Shown: positions 1 to 12,479 of the stretch, one piece after another
Numbering within the stretch: position 1 is the first letter of the stretch
How the letters are laid out: the number at the start of each line of letters is the position of its first letter
Assembly (NCBI GenBank): GCA_964016885.1
Contig: OZ024742.1
Location: 221,216,001 to 221,280,000, forward strand
DNA length: 64,000 nt
Direction: 5' to 3'
DNA from: Eledone cirrhosa
Lineage: Eukaryota
Made by a program: the position numbers and the translations under genes
Notes under the pieces: generated by a model
The model's input: only the letters and a program-made list of their open reading frames with translations
Databases searched by the model: none
What the model was told of the DNA's origin: nothing

Positions 1-410
1 CCATAAACATATGATTTGATACACACCATATGCTTGTTGCTTGAACATGACAAAACGAAGGGAGCCATCAATATTATAAAAATAGTCATTATTCTTGGGA
101 TAAATCCAAATGTGATACCACTAAGTAATTTCATTTGGCCTTGATAGACTAGCTAGCCCTGTGCCACCAAAAATGATGGCTAATTGTAGTATTTTGTTTA
201 ATAATTCTTTTATTATAAACTTTTTTGTGTGGATAGACTATCCACAACTAACATAGATAACCAAGATAATATATTTGTGTGAATATCTATACATTTATGT
301 ATATGTATGGTCCTGAGTTGTAGGGATGCCGTATTGATATACTACATTTTTTGAACATTTGAAGCCTACCGGAACCCATCCCTCTCCAGGACTGAGTACA
401 GTAGATTTAT

Positions 411-570
411 TCAAGAGCGAGGAAGAATTGACACAAGTACTAGACTGGTGCTTCTTTTACCGACCTCAAAAGGATGAAACTCGGCGCGATTTGAACTCAG
501 AGAACAGAAAGCCGGAACAAATTCCATAAAGCTACCGATCCGACGTTCTGATGACTCTGCCAATTCGCTG
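411..570 (-). mobile_element. Degenerate tRNA-derived SINE in the spacer unit (also ~4762-4921, ~19920-20079, ~24448-24607)
   Basis: Minus strand reads TTGGCAGAGTCATCAG (A-box-like) ... GAGTTCAAATC (B box) ... TTTCATCCTTTTGAGGTCGGTAAAA. The same core occurs in the SINEs at 26633, 34205, 57620 and 59958. Confidence 0.7.
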
Positions 571-763
571 CTTTTATCTATACATTTATATGTATGAGTA
601 TAAAATATAAACACACAAACACATATACACTCATACAAATATAGATATATTCACACAAACACATATTCACACGCATACATTCACACAAGTGATATAAACA
701 CATAAAAACTAACATCATCATCATCATCATCGTTTAACATCTATCTTCCACGCTAGCAGAAAG

Positions 764-2683
764 CCGGTAATATCACTTTAGAGTATTGGGTGCATCTTAT
801 TGTGGCACCAGTAATATCACTTTACAAAGTATTGCGAGCATCTTATTGTGGCACCAGTAATATCACTTTACAAGGGTATTGGGTGCATCTTATTGTGGCA
901 CCAGCAATATCACTTTACAGAGTATTGGGTGCATATTATTGTGACACCAGTAATATCACTTTACAGAGTATTGGGTGCATCTTATTGTGGCACCAGTAAT
1001 ATCACTTTACAGAGTATTGGATGCATCTTATTGTGGCACCAGTAATATCACTTTAGAGTATTGGGTGCATCTTATTGTGGCACCAGTAATATCACTTTAC
1101 AGAGTATTGGGTGCATCTTATTGTGGCGCCAGTAATATCACTTTACAGAGGATTGGGTGTATCTTATTGTGGCACCAGTAATATCACTTTAGAGTATTGG
1201 GTGCATCTTATTGTGGCACCAGCAATATCACTTTACAGAGTATTGGGTGCATCTTATTGTGGCACCAGTAATATCACTTTACAGAGTATTGGGTGCATCT
1301 TATTGTGGCACCAGCAATACCACTTTACAGAGAATTGGGTGCCTCTTATTGTGGCGCCAGTAATATCACTTTACAGAGGATTGGGTGCATCTTATTGTGG
1401 CACCAGTAATATCATTTTACGAGACTATTGGGTGCATCTTATTGTGGCACCCATAACATCACTTTACAGAGTATTGGGTGCACCTTATTGTGGCACCAGT
1501 AATATCACTTTACAGAGTATTGGGAGCATCTTATTGTGGCATCAGTAATATCACTTTACAGAGTATTGGGTGCATCTTATTGTGGCACCAGTAATATCAC
1601 TTTACAGAGTATTGGGTGCATCTAATTGTGGCACCAGTAATATCACTTTACAGAGTATTGGGTGCATCTTATTGCGGCACCAGTAATATCACTTTACAGA
1701 GTATTGGGTGCACCTTATTGTGGCACCAGCAATATCACTTTACAGAGTATTCGGTGCATCTTATTGTGGCACCAGTAATATCACTTTACAGAGTATTGGT
1801 TGCCTCTAATTGTGGGACCAGTAATATCACTTTACAGAGGATTGGGTGCATGTTATTGTGGCACCAGTAATATCACTTTACAGAGTATTGGGTGCATCTT
1901 ATTGTGGCACCAGTAATATCACTTTACAGAGTATTGGGTGCATCTTATTGTGGCACCAGTAATATCACTTTACAGAGTATTGGGTGCATCTTATTGTGGC
2001 ACCAGTAATATCACTTTACAGAGTATTGGGTGCCTCTAATTGTCGGACCAGTAATATCACTTTACAGAGGATTGGGTGCATCTTATTGTAGTACCAGCAA
2101 TATCACTTTATTAGAGTATTGGGTGCATCTTATTGTGGCACCATTAATATCACTTTACAGAGTATTGGGAGCATCTTTTTGTGGCACCCATAATATCACT
2201 TTACAAGAGTATTGCGAGCATTTAATTGTGGCACCAGTAATATCACTTTAGAGTATTGGGTGCATCTTATTGTGGCACCAGTAATATCACTTTACAGAGG
2301 ATTGGGTGCATCTTATTGTGGCACCAGTAATATCACTTTACAGAGGATTGGGTGCATCTTATTGTGGCACCAGTAATATCACTTTACAGAGTATTGGGTG
2401 CATCTTATTGTGGCACCAGTAATATCACTTTACAGAGTATTGGGTGCATCTTATTATGGCACCAGTAATATCACTTTACAGAGGATTGGGTGCATCTTAT
2501 TGTCGCACCAGTAATATCACTTTACAGAGTATTGGGTGCATCTTATTGTGACACCAGCAATATCACTTTACGAGAGTATTGAGTGCATCTTATTGTGGCA
2601 CCAGTAATATCACTTTACAGTGTATTGGGTGCATCTTATTGTGGCACCAGCAATATAACTTTACGAGAGTATTGGGTGCATCT
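764..2683. repeat. Satellite array 1 (~42 monomers of 44-47 bp)
   Basis: Consensus CAGAGTATTGGGTGCATCTTATTGTGGCACCAGTAATATCACTTTA (46 bp), head-to-tail with no spacers. Confidence 0.98.
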
Positions 2684-3083
2684 CGCTCGATTTTGGTGGG
2701 AAATAATTATCTTTCCTTGTTTTTTCTGAACCTTAAAGATTTAACCCTTTTTTGTTTGTTTGTATCCCTACATAACATCTAGCTATATTTGAGAGAAATT
2801 TGTTTACTATATCGCCAGCTGATGGAGACTCATTACATAGTGACTTTTCTCTATGGCTCATTAACCTTCGTATCAACAAGTCCTGCACATCGAATCGAAT
2901 TATTTCCCTATTACAAATTGTATGCGTCATTTGAAAAAAAATTATCTTCTCTCAATATAATTGTTCTTATGAAAAAGAAAAGAAAAGAAAAGTCCTTTTG
3001 AATACAATTTGAAATCATTTGTGATACTATAACATAATATAACATTTATACAGTATATATAGTTAATTTGTTAATATGTGTTT

Positions 3084-3185
3084 GGTGTGGGAGCTTAGCC
3101 GTGTGGTTACTTCGTTTATACTTAAGAACTATCCAAATGTTTTCAAAGCTAACGTCTACTGGCGCTGTCTCGTACATTCATTTTT
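3084..3185 (+). ncRNA. Putative vault RNA gene, subtype A1 (carries a mismatch in the 3' block)
   Basis: TATATATA at 3054-3061. GGTGTGGGAGCTTAGCCGTGTGGTTACTTCG ... CGTCTACTGGCGCTGTCTCGTACATTCA then T5. Resembles the vtRNA 5' block TAGCTCAGCGGTTACTTCG and 3' block GACCCGCGGGCGCT. Confidence 0.6.
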
Positions 3186-3269
3186 GTCCCTTAAGCAAAT
3201 TTATCACCACCATCGTCACAAATTATTTTATTTTCAACAACTCACCACTTCAATAATTTCTGTGTATCG

Positions 3270-3603
3270 ATAAGGCGTCAGATAACGATTTGCGGTATAG
3301 TTATCTCCCTTTACCTTTTGATTTCAAATCCAGTCTCGGTTAAGCTTTACCTATCATCCTTACAGAGTCGATAAAATAAAGTATCGGTAACTCACTGGCG
3401 TCGATTTAATCGATTTCCTCACAAAAATGTTTGTCTTGTACCTAAATCAGAAACCATTATTATTTTAAAATGAGTTCAAATCAACCAAGATCAGCTTTGC
3501 TTTTCATCCTTCCGGGACCAATTAAGTAAAGTACAAGTTATGAACTGGTTTGACATTATCGAACTTCCCCTTCAAATTACAGGCCTTGTGTCTAAACTAG
3601 AAG
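3270..3603 (+). mobile_element. Two adjacent degraded SINE fragments in the spacer
   Basis: Two copies of the core GCTTT(A/G)C(C/T)T(A/T)TCATCCTT, followed by TCTTGTACCTAAA / GCCTTGTGTCTAAA tails like the intact SINE at 26633. Confidence 0.6.
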
Positions 3604-3997
3604 GGGCGCAGCACAAACACTGCCCTGCCCTATGCCCAGAGCCCATCACCCTCTCCTTCTTCTGTGGTCAAAAGTCTTTGCTTTTTTCCTTCTTTTCCTC
3701 TTAACTATGGCATTTATAGTCCTTTCCTCTACTTTCCCATACAACTAGATCTGCCCTTTTTTTTACCCCTTCCCTTTTTTCTCATTACTTTTGTTTTTAT
3801 CTTTCCTTTTCATATTTCCATCATTGTATAACATATTTTTTATTTGTATATAAATATTTGTGTATTATTGGTGTTCTATACAGAATATATTAATCTCTAA
3901 TCCCAAAATTATATGTTAGCATATAAAAAGAATGTTCTAGTTTATTTCTATAGTGACTTGATTTTTGCAATTCTACTGTTTGTTTGTGTGTGTCTGT

Positions 3998-4270
3998 ATG
4001 TGGTAATGGTGTTCTGCTCTTGATTGTAAGATCATGAGTTCAATTCCCTGTGATATGTGTCCTTGTACAAGATACTTTATTTAACGCTGCTCCACCTGGC
4101 AAAATCAAGTTGTACTTGTCATTCAAAGGGCCCCATCACACTGAATCTCCCTGAGAGCTATGTTAACAGTACACGTGTCCATGGATTACTCAGCTACTTG
4201 CATGTTAATTTCATCTGCAGGCTGTTCCGTTGGTCGAACAGTTGGAGCACCCATCGTCGGAACCGACAGA
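3998..4270 (+). mobile_element. tRNA-headed CORE-type SINE relic in the spacer (present in every complete spacer copy)
   Basis: TGTGGTAATGG, GAGTTCAATTCC (B box), then GTGTCCTTGTACAAGATACTTTATTT, which aligns by eye with TTCCTTGAGCAAGACACTTTATTTC of the SINE at 62368. Confidence 0.6.
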
Positions 4271-5114
4271 GACCCAACAGCAGCAATAGTGCATGTGTGT
4301 GTGTGTGTGTGTGTAATGCCTGGCTCTTTATTGATTTGTTACTTTTGTAAACCATAAACATATGATTTGATACACACCATATGCTTGTTGCTTGAACATG
4401 ACAAAACGAAGGGAGCCATCAATATTATAAAAATAGTCATTATTCTTGGGATAAATCCAAATGTGATACCACTAAGTAATTTCATTTGGCCTTGATAGAC
4501 TAGCTAGCCCTGTGCCACCAAAAATGATGGCTAATTGTAGTATTTTGTTTAATAATTCTTTTATTATAAACTTTTTTGTGTGGATAGACTATCCACAACT
4601 AACATAGATAACCAAGATAATATATTTGTGTGAATATCTATACATTTATGTATATGTATGGTCCTGAGTTGTAGGGATGCCGTATTGATATACTACATTT
4701 TTTGAACATTTGAAGCCTACCGGAACCCATCCCTCTCCAGGACTGAGTACATTAGATTTATTCAAGAGCGAGGAAGAATTGACACAAGTACTAGACTGGT
4801 GCTTCTTTTACCGACCTCAAAAGGATGAAACTCGGCGCGATTTGAACTCAGAGAACAGAAAGCCGGAACAAATTCCATAAAGCTTCCTATCCGACGTTCT
4901 GATGACTCTGCCAATTCGCTGCTTTTATCTATACATTTATATGTATGAGTATAAAATATAAACACACAAACACATATACACTCATACAAATATAGATATA
5001 TTCACACAAACACATATTCACACGCATACATTCACACAAGTGATATAAACACATAAAAACTAACATCATCATCATCATCATCGTTTAACATCTATCTTCC
5101 ACGCTAGCAGAAAG

Positions 5115-8100
5115 CCGGTAATATCACTTTAGAGTATTGGGTGCATCTTATTGTGGCACCAGTAATATCACTTTACAGAGTATTGGGTGCATCTTATTGT
5201 GGCACCAGTAATATCACTTTACAGAGTATTGCGAGCATCTTATTGTGGCACCAGTAATATCACTTTACAAGGGTATTGGGAGCATCTTATTGTGGCACCA
5301 GTAATATTACTTTACAGAGTATTGGGTGCATCTTATTGTGGCACCAGCAATATCACTTTACAGAGTATTGGGTGCATCTTATTGTGGCACCAGTAATATC
5401 ACTTTACAGAGTATTGGATGCATCTTATTGTGGCAGCAGTAATATCACTTTAGAGTATTGGGTGCATCTTATTGTGGCACCAGTAATATCACTTTACAGA
5501 GTATTGGGTGCATCTTATTGTGGCACCAGTAATATCACTTTACAGAGTATTGGATGCATCTTATTGTGGCACCAGTAATATCACTTTAGAGTATTGGGTG
5601 CATCTTATTGTGGCACTAGTAATATCACTTTACAGAGTATTGGGTGCATCTTATTGTGGCGCCAGTAATATCACTTTACAGAGGATTGGGTGTATCTTAT
5701 TGTGGCACCAGTAATATCACTTTACAGAGGATTGGGTGCATCTTATTGTGGCACCAGCAATATCACTTTACAGAGTATTGGGTGCATCTTATTGTGGCAC
5801 CAGTAATATCCCTTTACAGAGTATTGGGTGCATCTTATTGTGGCACCAGCAATACCACTTTACAGAGAATTGGGTGCCTCTTATTGTGGCGCCAGTAATA
5901 TCACTTTACAGAGGATTGGGTGCATCTTATTGTGGCACCAGTAATATCACTTTACAGGACTATTGGGAGCATCTTATTGTGGCACCAGTAATATCATTTT
6001 ACGAGACTATTGGGTGCATCTTATTGTGGCACCCATAACATCACTTTACAGAGTATTGGGTGCACCTTATTGTGGCACCAGTAATATCACTTTACAGAGT
6101 ATTGGAGCATCTTATTGTGGCATCAGTAATATCACTTTACAGAGTATTGGGTGCATCTTATTGTGGCACCAGTAATATCACTTTACAGAGTATTGGGTGC
6201 ATCTAATTGTGGCACCAGTAATATCACTTTACAGAGTATTGGGTGCATCTTATTGCGGTACCAGTAATATCACTTTACAGAGTATTGGGTGCACCTTATT
6301 GTGGCACCAGCAATATCACTTTACAGAGTATTGGGTGCATCTTATTGTGGCATGAGTAATATCACTTTACAGAGTATTGGTTGCATCGTATTGTGGCACC
6401 CATAATATCACTTTACAGAGTATTGGGTGTATCTTATTGTGGCACCAGTAATATCACTTTAAGAGAGTATTGGGTGCATCTTATTGTGGAACCAGTAATA
6501 TCACTTTACAGAGTATTGGGTGCATCTTATTGTGGCACCAGTAATATCACTTTACAGAGTATTGGGTGCATCTTATTGTGGCACCAGCAATATCACTTTA
6601 CGAGACTATTGGGTGCATATTATTGTGGGACCAGCAATATCACTTTACAGAGTATTGGGTGCATCTTATTGTGGCAGCAGTAATATCACTTTACAGAGTA
6701 TTGGGTGCATCTTATTGTGGCATCAGTAATGCCACTTTACAGAGTATTGGGTGCATCTTATTGTGGCACCAGTAATATACCTTTACAGAGTATTGGGTGC
6801 ATCTTATTGTGTCACCAGTAATATCACTTTACGAGAGTATTGGGTGCATCTTATTGTGGCACCAGTAAGCTCACTTTACAGAGTATTGGGTGCACCTTAT
6901 TGTGGCACCAGCAATATCACTTTCCAGAGTATTGGGTGCATCTTATTGTGGCACCAGTAATATCACTTTACAGAGTATTGGGTGCATCTTATTGTGGCAC
7001 CAGTAATATCACTTTACGAGAGTATTGCGTTCATCTTATTGTGGCACCAGCAATATCACTTTACAGAATATTGGGTCCATCTTATTGTGGCACCAGTAAT
7101 ATCCCTTTACAGAGTATTGGGTGCATCTTATTGTGTCACCAGTAATATCACTTAATGAGACTATCGGGTGCATCTTATTGTGGAACCCATAATATCACTT
7201 TACAAGACTATTGGGAGCATGTTATTGTGGCACCAGTAATATCACTTTAAGAGAGTATTGGGAATATCTTATTGTGACACCAGTAATATCACTTTACGAG
7301 AGTATTGGGAGCATGTTATTGTGGCACCAGTAATATCACTTTAAGAGAGTATTGGGTGCATCTTATTGTGGCACCAGTAATATCACTTTACGAGAGTATT
7401 GGGAGCATGTTATTGTGGCACCAGTAATATCACTTTAAGAGAGTATTGGGTGCATCTTATTGTGGCATCTGTAATATCACTTTACAGAGTATTGAGTGCA
7501 TCTTATTGTGGGACCAGTAATATCACTCTACGAGAGTATTGGGTGCATCTTATTGTGGGACCAGTAATATCACTTTACAGAGTATTGGGTGCATCTTATT
7601 GTGGGACCGGTAATAATCACTCTACGAGAGTATTGGGTGCATCTTATTGTGGCACCAGCAATATCACTTTATGAGGGTATTGGGTGTATCTTATTGTGGC
7701 ACCAGTAATATCACTTTACGAGAGTATTGGGTGCATCTTATTGTGGCGCCAGTAATATCACTTTACGAGAGTATTGGGTGCATCTTATTGTGGCACCCAT
7801 AATATCACTTTACGAGAGTATTGGGTGCATCTTATTGTGGCACCAGTAATATCACTTTACAGAGTATTGCGTTCATCTTATTGTGGCACCAGCAATATCA
7901 CTTTACGAGAGTATTGGGAGCATCTTATTGTGGCACCAGTAATATCACTTTACGAGAGTATTGGGTGCATCTTATTGTGGCACCAGTAATATCACTCTAC
8001 GAGAGTATTGGGTGCATCTTATTGTGGAACCAGCAATATCACTTTACGAGAGTATTGGGTGCATCTAATTGTGGCACCAGTAATATCACTTTCCAGAGTA

Positions 8101-10482
8101 TTGGGTGCATCTTATTGCGGCACCAGTAATATCACTTTACAGAGTATTGGGTGCACCTTATTGTGGCACCAGCAATATCACTTTACAGAGTATTGGGTGC
8201 ATCTTATTGTGGCACCAGTAATATCACTTTACAGAGTATTGGTTGCATCGTATTGTGGCACCCATAATATCACTTTACAGAGTATTGGGTGCATCTTATT
8301 GTGGCACCAGTAATATCACTTTAAGAGAGTATTGGGTGCATCTTATTGTGGAACCAGTAATATCACTTTACAGAGTATTGGGTGCATCTTATTGTGGCAC
8401 CAGTAATATCACTTTACAGAGTATTGGGTGCATCTTATTGTGGCACCAGCAATATCACTTTACGAGACTATTGGCTGCATATTATTGTGGGACCAGCAAT
8501 ATCACTTTACAGAGTATTGGGTGCATCTTATTGTAGCAGCAGTAATATCACTTTACAGAGTATTGGGTGCATCTTATTGTGGCATCAGTAATGCCACTTT
8601 ACAGAGTATTGGGTGCATCTTATTGTGGCACCAGTAATATACCTTTACAGAGTATTGGGTGCATCTTATTGTGTCACCAGTAATATCACTTTACGAGAGT
8701 ATTGGGTGCATCTTATTGTGGCACCAGTAAGCTCACTTCACAGAGTATTGGGTGCACTTTATTGTGGCACCAGCAATATCACTTTACAGAGTATTGGGTG
8801 CAACTTATTGTGGCACCAGTAATATCACTTTACAGAGTATTGGGTGCATCTTATTGTGGTACCAGTAATATCACTTTACGAGAGTATTGCGTTCATCTTA
8901 TCGTGGCACCAGCAATATCACTTTACAGAATATTGGGTCCATCTTATTGTGGCACCAGTAATATCCCTTTACAGAGTATTGGGTGCATCTTATTGTGTCA
9001 CCAGTAATATCACTTAATGAGACTATCGGGTGCATCTTATTGTGGCACCCATAATATCACTTTACAAGACTATTGGGAGCATGTTATTGTGGCACCAGTA
9101 ATATCACTTTAAGAGAGTATTGGGAGTATCTTATTGTGACACCAGTAATATCACTTTACGAGAGTATTGGGAGCATGTTATTGTGGCACCAGTAATATCA
9201 CTTTAAGAGAGTATTGGGTGCATCTTATTGTGGCACCAGTAATATCACTTTACGAGAGTATTGGGAGCATGTTATTGTGGCACCAGTAATATCACTTTAA
9301 GAGAGTATTGGGTGCATCTTATTGTGGCATCTGTAATATCACTTTACAGAGTATTGAGTGCATCTTATTGTGGGACCAGTAATATCACTCTACGAGAGTA
9401 TTGGGTGCATCTTATTGTGGGACCAGTAATATCACTTTACAGAGGATTGGGTGCATCTTATTGTGGGACCAGTAATATCACTTTACAGAGTATTGGGTGC
9501 ATCTTATTGTGGGACCGGTAATATCACTCTACGAGAGTATTGGGTGCATCTTATTGTGGCACCAGCAATATCACTTTACGAGGGTATTGGGTGTATCTTA
9601 TTGTGGCACCAGTAATATCACTTTACGAGAGTATTGGGTGCATCTTATTGTGGCGCCAGTAATATCACTTTACGAGAGTATTGGGTGCATCTTATTGTGG
9701 AACCCATAATATCACTTTACGAGAGTATTGGGTGCATCTTATTGTGGCACCAGTAATATCACTTTACAGAGTATTGGGTGCATCTTATTGTGGCGCCAGT
9801 AATATCACTTTACGAGAGTATTGGGTGCATGTTATTGTGGCACCCATAATATCACTTTACAGAGTATTGGGTGCATCTTATTGTGGGACCAGCTATATCA
9901 CTTTACAGAGTATTGGGTGCATCTTATTGTGGCACCAGCAATATCACTTTACGAGAGTATTGGGTGCATCTTATTGTGGCACCAGTAATATCACTTTACG
10001 AGAGTATTGGGTGCATCTTATTGTGGCACCCATAATATCACTTTACGAGAGTATTGGGTGCATCTTATTGTGGCACCAGTAATATCACTTTACAGAGTAT
10101 TGGGTGCATCTTATTGTGGCACCAGTAATATCACTTTACAGAGGATTGGGTGCATCTTATTGTGGCACCAGTAATATCACTTTACAGAGTATTGGGTGCA
10201 TCTTATTGTGGCACCAGTAATATCACTTTACGAGAGTATTGCGTTCATCTTATTGTGGCACCAGTAATATCACTTTACAGAGTATTGGGTGCATCTTATT
10301 GTGGCACCAGTAATATCACTTTACAGAGTATTGGGTGCATCTTATTGTGGCACCAGTAATATCACTTTACGAGAGTATTGGGTGCATCTTATTGTGGCAC
10401 CAGTAATATCACTTTACAGAGCATTGGGTGCATCTTATTGTGGCACCAGCAATATCACTTTACGAGAGTATTGGGTGCATCT
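5115..10482. repeat. Satellite array 2 (~116 monomers) with an internal 1862-bp duplication
   Basis: Same monomer as array 1. Rare variants recur at an 1862-bp offset (6381/8243, 7399/9261). Confidence 0.98.
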
Positions 10483-10882
10483 CGCTCGATTTTGGTGGGA
10501 AATAATTATCTTTCCTTGTTTTTTCTGAACCTTAAAGATTTAACCCTTTTTTGTTTGTTTGTATCCCTACATAACATCTAGCTATATTTGAGAGAAATTT
10601 GTTTACTATATCGCCAGCTGATGGAGACTCATTACATAGTGACTTTTCTCTATGACTCATTAACCTACGTATCAACAAGTCCTGCACATCTAATCGAATT
10701 ATTTCCCTATTACAAATTTTATGCGTCATTTGAAAAAAAATTATCTTCTCTCAATATACTTGTTCTTATGAAAAAGAAAAGAAAAGAAAAGGACTTTTGA
10801 ATACAATTTGATAACATCTGTGATACTATAACATAATATAACATTTATACAGTATATATAGTTAATTTGTTAATAATAGTTA

Positions 10883-10984
10883 GGTGTGGGAGCTTAGACG
10901 TGTGGTTACTTCGTTCATACCTAATATCTAAGCTGATGTTTTCAAACCTAACGACCACTGGCGCTGTCTCGTACATTCTTTTTT
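10883..10984 (+). ncRNA. Putative vault RNA gene, subtype A2
   Basis: GGTGTGGGAGCTTAGACGTGTGGTTACTTCG, a central loop different from A1, GACCACTGGCGCTGTCTCGTACATTC, T6. TATATATA lies ~30 bp upstream. Confidence 0.6.
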
Positions 10985-12316
10985 GTCCCTTAAGCGCTGT
11001 CTCGTACATTCATTTTTGTCCCTGAACCACCATCGTCACAAATTATTTTATTTTCAGCAACTCACCACTTCAATATTTTCTGTGTATCGATAAGGCGTCA
11101 GATAACGATTTGCGGCATAGTTATCTCCCTTTACGTTTTGAGTTCAAACCCAGTCTAGGTTAAGCTTTACCTTTCATCCTTACAGAGTCGATTCAATAAA
11201 ATATCGGTAACTTACTGGCGTCGATTTAATCGATTTCGCCACAAAATTGTTGGTCTTGTACCTAAATCAGAAACCATTATTATTTTAAAATGAGTTCAAA
11301 TCAGCCAAGATCAGCTTTGCTTTTCATCCTTCCGGGACCAATTAAGTAAAGTACAAGCTATGAACTGGTTTGACATTATCGAACTTCCCCTTCAAATTAC
11401 AGGCCTTGTGTCTAAACTAGAAGGGGCGCAGCCCAAACACTGCCCTGCCCTAGTGACTTCATTTTTGCAATTCTACTGTTTGTTTGTGTGTGTCTGTATG
11501 TGGTAATGGTGTTCTGCTCTTGATTGTAAGATCATGAGTTCAATTCCCTGTGATATGTGTCCTTGTACAAAATACTTTATTTCACGCTGCTCCACCTGGC
11601 AAAATCAAGTTGTACTTGTCATTCAAAGAGCCCCATCACACTGAATCTCCCTGAGAGCTATGTTAACAGCACACGTGTCCATGGATTACTCAGCTACTTG
11701 CATGTTAATTTCATCTGCAGGCTGTTCCGTTGGTCGAACAGTTGGACAACCCATCGTCGGAACCGACAGACGCCCAACAGCAGCAATAATGCATGTGTGT
11801 GTGTGTAATGCCTGGCTCTTTATTGATTTGTTACTTTTGTAAACCATAAACATATGATTTGATACACACCATATGCTTGTAGCTTGAACGTGACAAAACG
11901 AAGGGAGCCATCAATATTATAAAAATAGTCATATTCTTGGGATAAATCCAAATGTGATACCACTAAGTAATTTCATTTGGCCTTGATAGACTAGCTAGCC
12001 CTGTGCCACCAAAAATGATGGCTAATTGTAGTATTTTGTTTAATAATTCTTTTATTATAAACTTTTTTGTGTGGATAGACTATCCACAACTAACATAGAT
12101 AACCAAGATAATATATTTGTGTGAATATCTTTACATTTATGTATATGTATGGTCCTGAGTTGTAGGGATGCCGTATTGATATACTACATTTTTTGAACAT
12201 TTGAAACCTACTGGAACCCATCCCTCTCCAGGACTGAGTACAGTAGATTTATTCACACAAACATATATTCACACAAACATACATTCACACGAGTGATATA
12301 AACACATAAAAACTAA

Positions 12317-12470
12317 CATCATCATCATCATCGTTTAACATCTATCTTCCACGCTAGCATGGGTTTAGACGGGAATTGTCCCACTTGAGGCAAGATTGAT
12401 TGTCTTGCTCGTATAGGACTGTCTGGCAGGTTTTCTACGACTGGATGCCCTTCCTAACACCAACCATGTT
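12317..12470 (-). mobile_element. RTE-type 3' tail fragment with (ATG)n end
   Basis: CATCATCATCGTTTAACATC..CGCTAGCATGGG..GGATGCCCTTCCTAACACCAACCA is the reverse complement of the RTE 3' end at 56500-56650. Confidence 0.75.
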
Positions 12471-12479
12471 TAAATAACC

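Larger units (their letters stand above)
2684..5114. repeat. Spacer of the higher-order unit, type A (copies: 1-763 partial, 10483-12358, 18147-20272, 22374-24803)
   Basis: Near-identical blocks beginning CGCTCGATTTTGGTGGG. Position 1 recurs at 4352 (4351-bp offset), and near-identical spurious ORFs recur in each copy. Confidence 0.97.

Noticed and set aside
540-570. Hammerhead ribozyme (CTGATGA at ~549)
   Set aside because: No correctly placed GAAA or stems; it is the antisense of a SINE head.
2733-4989. Recurrent 60-97-aa ORFs in the spacers
   Set aside because: They recur only because the DNA is duplicated. They overlap SINE relics and microsatellites, and their stops and frames vary between copies.
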